DNA of 64,000 nt from Alphaproteobacteria bacterium (GTDB taxonomy: Bacteria; Pseudomonadota; Alphaproteobacteria; Micropepsales; Micropepsaceae): contig JADZAI010000100.1 in NCBI GenBank assembly GCA_020852655.1, positions 12,135-76,134 on the forward strand. The letters run 5' to 3'. Shown in pieces: positions 57,145 to 64,000 of the stretch (positions are counted from its first letter, which is position 1; the number at the start of each line of letters is the position of its first letter). The notes beneath the pieces are model-generated. The model made no database searches and was not told where the DNA came from. It worked only from the letters and a program-made list of their open reading frames with translations. A program made the position numbers and the translations under genes.

Positions 57145-59715
57145 ATGCCGTCTGCGCTGGCCGGGGACGGTGACGCGGACAGGGACGCCTACTGGGCGGT
57201 CCCGGTGCCGGAGCTCCTGGCCCGGCTGCGCTCGGCCCCTTCGGGCCTGTCTTCGGGCGACGCAGAGGACAGGCTGGCGGCCGCGGGTCCCAATTCGCTC
57301 GGCCGCCGGCGCGGCCCCTCGGCGCTGGCGACGCTCGCGCGGCAGTTCCGCAATCCGCTGGTCCTGATCCTCGTCTTCGCCGCCGCCGTCTCGGCCTTCG
57401 TGGGCGAGGGCAACGAAGCGGCCATCATCGCCATCGTCGTGCTCGCGAGCTGCGCCCTGTCGTTCAGCCAGGAATACGGTGCGTCCCGGGCGATGGACGC
57501 GCTGGCCGGCCGCATCGCCAGCAAGGCGAATGTGCTGCGCGACGGCGCCGAAACGCCGCTGCCCGTCGACCGCATCGTCCCGGGCGACGTCATCCGCCTG
57601 GCGGCCGGCAATCTCGTGCCGGCCGACGGCATCCTGCTGGAGGCGCGCGACTTCAACGTCAGCGAGGCCGCCCTGACGGGCGAGACCTTCCCGGTGGAGA
57701 AGGAGCCCGGCCTCTCGCCCGCCGCCGCGCCGATCGCCCGGCGCACCAACGCCGTCTTCACCGGCACGTCGGTGCGCAGCGGCACCGCGGCGATGCTCGC
57801 GGTGCGCACCGGCAAGGAGACCGCGTTTGCCTCGATCGCCGCCGCCATCGCGCACAGCGCGCCGGAAACCGAGTTCGCAAGGGGCATCCGCCAGTTCGGC
57901 TATCTGATGACCGAGATCATGCTGGTCATCGTCATCGTGGTGTTCTTCGCCAACCTGCTGCTCGAACGGCCGGTGATCGATTCCCTGCTCTTCTCGCTGG
58001 CCCTCGCGGTCGGGCTGACGCCCGAACTGCTGCCCGCGATCATCAGCGTCACGCTCTCGCGCGGCGCCCGCACGATGGCGGCCGGCGGGGTCATCGTGCG
58101 CCGCCTGGAGGCGATCGAGAATCTGGGCAGCATGGATCTGCTCTGCACCGACAAGACCGGCACGCTGACCGAGGGCGTCGTGCGCCTCGATGCGGCGGTG
58201 GGGCCGGCCGGAGATCCCTCGGCGGATGTGCGCCTCTGGGCGCTCCTCAACGCGACGCTGCAAACCGGCATGGCGAACCCGCTGGACGAAGCCATCGCGG
58301 CGAGCGGTGCCGGTGCGGACGGGCTGACCGCCTACGCCAAGGTCGACGAGATTCCCTACGACTTCAACCGCAAGCGCCTTTCGGTAGTCGTCCGCAGCGG
58401 CGGCGCCGATCTTCTGATCTGCAAGGGTGCGGTCCGCAATGTCGCCGAGGTCTGCGAAGCGTGGTTCGACGGAGCCGCGCAGCGGCCGTTCGACGATGCC
58501 GCGGCCAGGGCCGTCGACGAAAGAGTGCGGAGCTGGAGCCTCCGGGGCTTCCGTGTCCTCGGCGTCGCCGTCCGCCACTTTCCGGCGCGCGACCGCTATG
58601 GCCGCAGCGACGAAACCGCGCTGGTCTTCGCCGGGTTTCTTCTCTTCCTCGATCCGCCCAAGCCGGGGATCGCCGACGCCCTGAAGGCGCTCGCGGCGCG
58701 CGGCATCGCCGTCAAGGTGATCACCGGCGACAACCGCCACGTCGCGGCGCATCTCGCCGAGGCGGTCGGACTGCCCCACGGCAACGTCCTGCTGGGGACG
58801 GACCTCTCGGGCATGACGAAGGAGGCCCTGTTCGCGCGGGCCCCGGCCACCGACATCTTCGCCGAGATCGACCCCAATCAGAAGGAACGCATCATCGCCG
58901 CCCTGCGCCGCCGCGGCCTCGTCGTCGGCTATCTCGGCGACGGCATAAACGACGCGCCGGCGCTGCACGAAGCCGACATCGGCATCTCCGTCGACGGCGC
59001 GGTCGACGTGGCGCGGGAGGCCGCCGACATGATCCTGCTGAAGCGCGACCTCGGCGTCCTGCTGCGCGGCGTCGACGACGGGCGCACGACATTCGCGAAT
59101 ACGATGAAATACATCGCCATCACGACCAGCGCGAATTTCGGCAACATGGTCTCGATGGCCTTCGCCTCGCTCGCACTGCCGTTCCTGCCGCTGCTCGCCT
59201 CGCAGATCCTGCTCAACAATTTCCTCTCCGACCTGCCCTCGCTGGCGATCGCCACCGACAATGTCGACCGCGACCAGGTCGCGCAGCCCCGCCGCTGGGA
59301 CATCGGCTTCGTGCGGCGCTTCATGATCGCCTTCGGCCTGGTGAGTTCGGCCTTCGACGTCGTCACCTTCGCCTTCCTGCTCCTCGCCGCGGGCGCCGTC
59401 GCCGCAACCTTTCAGACCGGCTGGTTCGTGGAATCGCTCGTCACCGAGCTCGCCATCCTGCTCGTCGTGCGCACCCGCCGGCCGTTCTGGCGCAGCCGGC
59501 CCGGCGCCGTTCTCCTGTGGCTGACGGCCGCGGTCGCCGCGCTGGCGCTGGCGATCCCGGTGCTGCCCGGCGCGGCGCTGTTCGGCTTCGTCCCGCTGCC
59601 GCTGCCGGTCATGGCCGGGCTCGTTGCGATCACCGTCGCCTATGTCGCGGCCTCGGAGATCACGAAGCGCTGGTTCTTTGCGCGCGAAGGACGGTCCGCG
59701 TCGGCTCCGCCCTGA
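57145..59715 (+). CDS. mgtA: Magnesium-translocating P-type ATPase (MgtA-like)
   Basis: LTGETFPVEK, GLTPELLP, CTDKTGTLT, ITGDN, GDGINDAPAL, SANFGNM; start at ATG 57145 with GGGAG RBS. Confidence 0.9.
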   Translation: MPSALAGDGDADRDAYWAVPVPELLARLRSAPSGLSSGDAEDRLAAAGPNSLGRRRGPSALATLARQFRNPLVLILVFAAAVSAFVGEGNEAAIIAIVVLASCALSFSQEYGASRAMDALAGRIASKANVLRDGAETPLPVDRIVPGDVIRLAAGNLVPADGILLEARDFNVSEAALTGETFPVEKEPGLSPAAAPIARRTNAVFTGTSVRSGTAAMLAVRTGKETAFASIAAAIAHSAPETEFARGIRQFGYLMTEIMLVIVIVVFFANLLLERPVIDSLLFSLALAVGLTPELLPAIISVTLSRGARTMAAGGVIVRRLEAIENLGSMDLLCTDKTGTLTEGVVRLDAAVGPAGDPSADVRLWALLNATLQTGMANPLDEAIAASGAGADGLTAYAKVDEIPYDFNRKRLSVVVRSGGADLLICKGAVRNVAEVCEAWFDGAAQRPFDDAAARAVDERVRSWSLRGFRVLGVAVRHFPARDRYGRSDETALVFAGFLLFLDPPKPGIADALKALAARGIAVKVITGDNRHVAAHLAEAVGLPHGNVLLGTDLSGMTKEALFARAPATDIFAEIDPNQKERIIAALRRRGLVVGYLGDGINDAPALHEADIGISVDGAVDVAREAADMILLKRDLGVLLRGVDDGRTTFANTMKYIAITTSANFGNMVSMAFASLALPFLPLLASQILLNNFLSDLPSLAIATDNVDRDQVAQPRRWDIGFVRRFMIAFGLVSSAFDVVTFAFLLLAAGAVAATFQTGWFVESLVTELAILLVVRTRRPFWRSRPGAVLLWLTAAVAALALAIPVLPGAALFGFVPLPLPVMAGLVAITVAYVAASEITKRWFFAREGRSASAPP

Positions 59716-59759
59716 GGAGCCTGCGATACTCCGGTCAGGGTCGATGAACCTCCGCCGTT

Positions 59760-59784
59760 GGAACCCGGCGGCCGCTTTGGCGTT
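59760..59784 (+). promoter_or_regulatory. EcfG/SigT promoter GGAAC-N16-CGTT
   Basis: GGAAC ccggcggccgctttgg CGTT, ending 33 nt upstream of a small-ORF ATG. Confidence 0.75.
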
Positions 59785-59817
59785 CCTTGCATCGACATTC
59801 TGTGACGGGAGACAGAC

Positions 59818-59895
59818 ATGAAGAGTGCATTGCTGTGGCTGATCGGGATTCCGATTCCCCTGATCATCATCGCCAACCTCGCCGGCTGGCTTTGA
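59818..59895 (+). CDS. 25-aa hydrophobic membrane peptide MKSALLWLIGIPIPLIIIANLAGWL
   Basis: GGGAG RBS 6 nt upstream; single TM-length hydrophobic stretch; absent from the ORF track; LLWLxGxPIPx pattern recalled from small proteobacterial proteins. Confidence 0.75.
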   Translation: MKSALLWLIGIPIPLIIIANLAGWL

Positions 59896-59913
59896 CCCTG
59901 TAGTGAGGTAACG

Positions 59914-59948
59914 CGAGGCGGTGCAGCGGATTTCCGTGCGCCGCCTCG
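59914..59948 (+). terminator. Hairpin downstream of the 25-aa ORF
   Basis: CGAGGCGG...CCGCCTCG outer stem with an extended inner TGCA/CGGA pairing; only a weak U-tract. Confidence 0.5.
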
Positions 59949-59963
59949 TCATTTGTGATCGCC

Positions 59964-60911
59964 ATGAATCAGGTAGCGCGCATCATCGCCCCTCCGGCTC
60001 CCGCGGAGGCTCCGGTCTTGCCGATGCGGCTGAGGCTCGGCTGCGAGCTTCGCTACACCTTTCCGCAACCGACGCCGCTGATCGCGATGCTGAACGTGCA
60101 TCCTTCACGCTTCGGCGACCTCGAACGGCCGGACCGTCTCGTCACGAACCCGGTGGTCCCGATCGAGAGCTATCGCGACATGTTCGGCAATTGGTGCTGC
60201 CGCCTCACCGCGCCGGCGGGCGGCTTCGCGATGGGCACCGACAGCATCATCCGCGACGACGGCAGGCCCGATGCGTTCGACGCGACGGCAGTCCAGCACG
60301 CAGTCGAAGACCTCCCGGCCGAGGCGTTGCCCTTCCTGCTGCCCAGCCGCTACTGCGAGTCCGACCTGCTTACGGGCGAGGCCGGACGCTTGTTCGGCCA
60401 TACCGCGCCGGACATGAGCCGCGTGCAGGCGATCTGCGACTTCGTGCACCATCACCTGACCTTCGACTACAAGACGGCGCTGCCGACGCGCACCGCGCAT
60501 CTCGCCTATGACGGCAAGATCGGCGTCTGCCGCGACTTCACCCATCTCGCCATCACCTTCTGCCGCGCGATGAACATCCCGGCGATGTACTGCACCGGCT
60601 ATATCAGCGATGTCGGCATGCCGCCGCCGGTGCCGTCGATGGATTTCTGCGCCTGGATGCGCGTCTATCTCGGCGGCCGGTGGCACGATTTCGACCCGCG
60701 CAACAACAAGCCGATGATCGCCCGGGTGCTCTGCGGCGCGGGCCGCGACGCCGCCGACGTGCCCCTCGTCCACCAGTTCGGCTGGGGCGCGCTCAACGTC
60801 TTCAAGGTGTGGATCGACGAAATCGGCGGCGACCCCGCCCTCGTGAACGGCCTCGACGAAACCGTCGCCGGCAACCCGCTCAAGACCTGGACAGCAGGTA
60901 TTGGTCGTTAG
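59964..60911 (+). CDS. Transglutaminase-like family protein
   Basis: FLLPSRYCESD, VQAICDFVH, GVCRDFTHLA, YCTGYISD, DFCAWMRVYLGGRWHDFDP; start could be 60018/60024. Confidence 0.92.
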   Translation: MNQVARIIAPPAPAEAPVLPMRLRLGCELRYTFPQPTPLIAMLNVHPSRFGDLERPDRLVTNPVVPIESYRDMFGNWCCRLTAPAGGFAMGTDSIIRDDGRPDAFDATAVQHAVEDLPAEALPFLLPSRYCESDLLTGEAGRLFGHTAPDMSRVQAICDFVHHHLTFDYKTALPTRTAHLAYDGKIGVCRDFTHLAITFCRAMNIPAMYCTGYISDVGMPPPVPSMDFCAWMRVYLGGRWHDFDPRNNKPMIARVLCGAGRDAADVPLVHQFGWGALNVFKVWIDEIGGDPALVNGLDETVAGNPLKTWTAGIGR

Positions 60912-61474
60912 ATGGGGCGGAAGCCGCATTCACGACGAAGGAATGCCAAGTAGCCGTCGGTGCCTTTCCACTGTCCAAACTGAGCTTTGGTCAACCTCCG
61001 GTACCATCCTCTTGGATTCCAACGCTCACCGTATCCGATATCGTCGAGAAAATCGTACCAATCGCGTTCTCCGACCTCTGCGTCAAAAAATAGGAGCCAC
61101 GGGTAAGGACGCGCGTGAGGGGTCTTTGGCCAAAGAACCTTTGACGCTTCGGAGGCTGCAGCGGGACACTTTGCTTTCACGACGCCGAGCTGGTGAATCC
61201 CTCCGCCATGAACACCGATCCACGGCGCGAAGAGTATCAAGTCTCCAACGCGGGTATCGTGGAAAGCAGGTTCGGCCTTTGGCGGGATTCCCCAGCAATG
61301 AAATTGCCCATCTGGAAATGCTTCCCAGAACGACTTGTCGGATTCGAAGAAACGCCGCTCAGGGGCATCCTTCCCTATTGCAGATAATATCTCGTTAGCG
61401 GAACGGCGCCGAGTCACAGTGAATGGGATATCTACGTGACCGGGATGCCCTACATGCATGAGAAATGCTTGCAT
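60908..61474 (-). CDS. Hypothetical protein, tentatively PUA/EVE-like
   Basis: 188-aa ORF in a visibly AT-richer stretch; HCWGIPP...TRVGDLILF pattern and many Trp residues. Confidence 0.65.
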   Translation of the reverse strand: MQAFLMHVGHPGHVDIPFTVTRRRSANEILSAIGKDAPERRFFESDKSFWEAFPDGQFHCWGIPPKAEPAFHDTRVGDLILFAPWIGVHGGGIHQLGVVKAKCPAAASEASKVLWPKTPHARPYPWLLFFDAEVGERDWYDFLDDIGYGERWNPRGWYRRLTKAQFGQWKGTDGYLAFLRRECGFRPI

Positions 61475-61504
61475 TCCTCATTCCCCTGATTTGTGCCAAG
61501 CCTA

Positions 61505-62095
61505 CTACATCAGCACACTGAGGCGGGTGTCCAGCCCCGCCTTCACGCGCGGCCAATCCTCCGGCGTGATCGAAAACCACACGCTGTGGCGGATGTGGCC
61601 GTCGGGCAGGATCATGTGATTGCGGTGGATGTCCTCCTCCACCGCGCCCAGCTTCTTCATCGCCGCCCATGAGCGCGTATTGCGGCTGTCGAGCTTGAAC
61701 TCGACCCTGTTCCAGCCCAGCGTCTCGATGACATGGCCGATCAGCAGCCGCTTCGCCGCCGGGTTTACATACCCGCCCTGGAAGGGCTTGGCATACCAGG
61801 TCGAGCCGATCTCCAGCCGCCTGTTCTCCGGTGAAATCGCGAGATAGCAGGACGAGCCGGCCACGCTGCCGCTCGCCTTGTCGGTGATGACGAAGGCGCA
61901 TTCGCGCCCCGCCGCGGTCTGCCTGAGATAGTGGTCGAAATAGCGATCGAACGTCGCGCCGTGCTGGTTCAGCCCGTGAAAGCGCCAGAGGTCCGGGTCG
62001 CTGCCGGCGGCGCGCAGCGGCTCGCGGTGGCGCTCCCCGAACGGCTCGAGGCGCAGCTGGTCGTCCTCCAGGACAAGGGGCTCGAAACCGGGCAT
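61505..62095 (-). CDS. GNAT N-acetyltransferase (RimJ/RimL type)
   Basis: RLEIGSTWY, AKRLLIGH, RVEFKLDSRNTRS, KKLGAVEE. Confidence 0.93.
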   Translation of the reverse strand: MPGFEPLVLEDDQLRLEPFGERHREPLRAAGSDPDLWRFHGLNQHGATFDRYFDHYLRQTAAGRECAFVITDKASGSVAGSSCYLAISPENRRLEIGSTWYAKPFQGGYVNPAAKRLLIGHVIETLGWNRVEFKLDSRNTRSWAAMKKLGAVEEDIHRNHMILPDGHIRHSVWFSITPEDWPRVKAGLDTRLSVLM

Positions 62096-62175
62096 GGGGG
62101 GCGCTTATAGAGGAGTGCCCGCCCGGGTAAAATGCCGGGTAAACTTACGTCTCGTTTCCGAAAGCCCGCCCCGCC

Positions 62176-63327
62176 ATGGCCCTCGACACCGAAACCCGCG
62201 AACAGCTCATCTCGTCCGTCGCCCGCTTCGTGCGCGAGCGCCTCGTCCCGATCGAGGACCAGGTCTCGCAGCAGGACAAGGTGCCCGACGAGATCGTCCG
62301 CGAGATGGCCGACCTCGGCCTCTTCGGCCTTTCCGTGCCACAGGAATATGGCGGCCTCGGCCTCTCGATGGAGGAAGAGGTGCTCGTCCTCTTCGAACTC
62401 TGCCAGACCTCGCCGGCCTTCCGTTCGGTGATCGGCACCAATGTCGGCATCGGCAGCCAGGGCCTCGTGATGTTCGGCCGCCAGGCCCAGAAGGAATACT
62501 GGCTGCCCAAGATCGCCAGCGGCGAAATCATCGCCAGCTTCTGCCTCACCGAACCCGGCGCCGGCTCCGACGCCGCTTCGGTGCGCACCACGGCGATCCG
62601 CAAGGGCGACGTCTATGTCGTCAACGGCACCAAGCGCTTCATCACCAACGCCGCCAAGGCCGGCGCCTTCACGCTGATGGCCCGCACCAACCCCGACAAC
62701 AAGGGCGCCGGCGGCATCTCGGCCTTCTTCCTGCCCTCGAACCTCAAGGGCATCACGGTCGGCAAGGGCGAGCGCAAGATGGGCCAGCAGGGCGCCCATA
62801 TCCACGACGTCGTCTTCGACAATTGCGAAGTGCCTGCCGACTGCCTCATCGGCGAGAAGGAAGGCGAAGGCTTCAGGCTCGCCATGCAGGTGCTCGACCG
62901 CGGCCGCATCCACATCTCGGCCGTCTGCACCGGCGTCGCCGACCGTCTCGTGCGCGACAGCGTGCGCTACGCCACCGAACGCCAGCAAGTCGGCCAGCCG
63001 ATCAGCGAATTCCAGATGGTGCAGTCGATGCTGGCCGATTCGAAGACCGAGGCGCTGGCCATGCGCTGCATGGTTCTCGACACCGCGCGGAAGCGCGACG
63101 CCGGCGAGAACATCGCGATGGAAGCCTCGTGCTGCAAGCTGTTCGCCTCTGAAGCCGTCGGCCGGATCGCCGACCGCAACGTCCAGATCCACGGCGGCGC
63201 CGGCTATGTCTCGGACTACGCCGCCGAGCGCTTCTACCGCGACGTCCGCATCTTCCGCCTCTACGAAGGCACCAGCCAAATCCAGCAAATGGTCATCGCC
63301 CGCAACCTCATCCGCCAGGCGGGGTGA
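62176..63327 (+). CDS. Acyl-CoA dehydrogenase
   Basis: FCLTEPGAGSDA, NGTKRFITNA, KMGQQG, QIHGGAGY, RLYEGTSQIQ. Confidence 0.96.
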   Translation: MALDTETREQLISSVARFVRERLVPIEDQVSQQDKVPDEIVREMADLGLFGLSVPQEYGGLGLSMEEEVLVLFELCQTSPAFRSVIGTNVGIGSQGLVMFGRQAQKEYWLPKIASGEIIASFCLTEPGAGSDAASVRTTAIRKGDVYVVNGTKRFITNAAKAGAFTLMARTNPDNKGAGGISAFFLPSNLKGITVGKGERKMGQQGAHIHDVVFDNCEVPADCLIGEKEGEGFRLAMQVLDRGRIHISAVCTGVADRLVRDSVRYATERQQVGQPISEFQMVQSMLADSKTEALAMRCMVLDTARKRDAGENIAMEASCCKLFASEAVGRIADRNVQIHGGAGYVSDYAAERFYRDVRIFRLYEGTSQIQQMVIARNLIRQAG

Positions 63328-63330
63328 GGT

Positions 63331-63762
63331 TCAGCGGCCGTTGCACACGCCATATTGGCCCGGTTCTTCTCCCTCCTCCTTAAGCCGCGCAAGGCGCCGC
63401 GCTTCTATCAGGAACACGATCGTGACGACGCCGCACCCTCCATCGGCGATGACCGGCTCTTGGCCGTCGCGCACCACATACGCGCCAGGGACGGCCGGGA
63501 TGGCGACAGCGCCTTCGCGTAGCGCGGCGTGCCCGTCTCGCAGGACATAGCGTCCCTCTACGATCTCCCGCGCATACCGACCGGATTCCGGAAAGAAGTA
63601 ATAGCGGTCATACTGTTCCAGCGGGTCGGCACCCTTCGGCATGACCATCTGAGATTCAATCAGACGAATCGTCGTTTCGTCCGGATAGCGCGCCGGCTCG
63701 GCGGCGCTGCCGACGGCCGTGCCAAGACAGCCGGCCAACAGCAGCGCGCGCATGCGTGTCAT
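63331..63762 (-). CDS. Hypothetical exported protein with a DGGC...CNG C-terminus
   Basis: Signal-peptide-like MTRMRALLLAGCLGTAVGSAA; two C-terminal Cys; somewhat AT-richer than neighbours. Confidence 0.65.
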   Translation of the reverse strand: MTRMRALLLAGCLGTAVGSAAEPARYPDETTIRLIESQMVMPKGADPLEQYDRYYFFPESGRYAREIVEGRYVLRDGHAALREGAVAIPAVPGAYVVRDGQEPVIADGGCGVVTIVFLIEARRLARLKEEGEEPGQYGVCNGR

Positions 63763-63838
63763 GGTCCAAGGCCTCCCTACCACTGGCGTTCTGCTCGCAT
63801 TTGGGCAGAAATTGGACGGCGGCTTTGTTGGGATAGCC

Positions 63839-64000
63839 ATGGCAACGCTCAACCACCTCCACCTCCATGTCCGCTCGGTCGAGCAGGCGAAGGCGTTCTA
63901 CGAAACGCACTTTGGCCTGCGCGAACATGTCCGGCATGGCGATGTCGTATTCCTGCGCGACGACGGCGGCATGGACCTCGCCCTCGCGCCGTCGCCGCAG
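63839..64000 (+). CDS. VOC/glyoxalase-family protein (5' part)
   Basis: Manual translation MATLNHLHLHVRSVEQAKAFYETHFGL..., running off the right edge. Confidence 0.85.
   Translation, partial: MATLNHLHLHVRSVEQAKAFYETHFGLREHVRHGDVVFLRDDGGMDLALAPSPQ

Noticed and set aside
60640-60670. Transglutaminase-like protein has DFCAW instead of a His in the catalytic-triad position
   Set aside because: As I recall, this subfamily often has a non-His residue here (e.g. DFSAW), and the catalytic Cys in GVCRD is intact; not evidence of a pseudogene.
56962-61504. Integrative element or prophage at tRNA-Val
   Set aside because: No integrase, transposase or phage gene, and no duplicate of the tRNA 3' end found downstream by eye.
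62123-62148. CCGGGTAAA direct repeat and GTAA-AC-TTAC dyad upstream of the acyl-CoA dehydrogenase
   Set aside because: Too short to distinguish from chance or ordinary promoter sequence without comparative data.

Overview
High-GC (visibly GC3-rich) alphaproteobacterial chromosomal segment, mostly housekeeping and metabolic genes. From left to right: the 5' part of an RTX-type Ca-binding repeat protein running off the left edge, divergent from a LysR regulator; an otsB-GH15-otsA trehalose operon; a Pho-box-controlled pstSCAB with unusually long PstC/PstA; a Phd/VapC toxin-antitoxin pair; an OprO/P-type phosphate porin with three Pho-box half-sites; PadR + RND pump; PaaI thioesterase, Atm1-type ABC exporter, flavin monooxygenase, crotonase, acyl-CoA ligase; cytochrome c'; LOG; rarD; cimA; cysS; brnTA; gltX; nadE; a GnnA/GnnB-like pair; an XRE module; class II DAHP synthase; GT4; DsbA; P450; DUF992; gor; rpiA; an ankyrin-like gene; glmS; glmU; gph; an amidase; tRNA-Val(CAC); mgtA; a transglutaminase-like gene; a PUA-like orphan; a GNAT; an acyl-CoA dehydrogenase; and a partial VOC gene. 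I see no integrase, transposase, phage gene or CRISPR array. The most interesting signals are small and absent from the ORF track. The best is a 15-codon Cys/Ile-rich leader peptide with a terminator/antiterminator upstream of cysS-cimA, a candidate amino-acid-sensing attenuator. Others are three EcfG/SigT-type general-stress promoters (one driving an unannotated 25-aa membrane peptide, one back-to-back with the pst Pho box), several perfect operator palindromes, and a possibly structured ~190-nt intergenic element. All family assignments come from motif recognition by eye; no database search was run.
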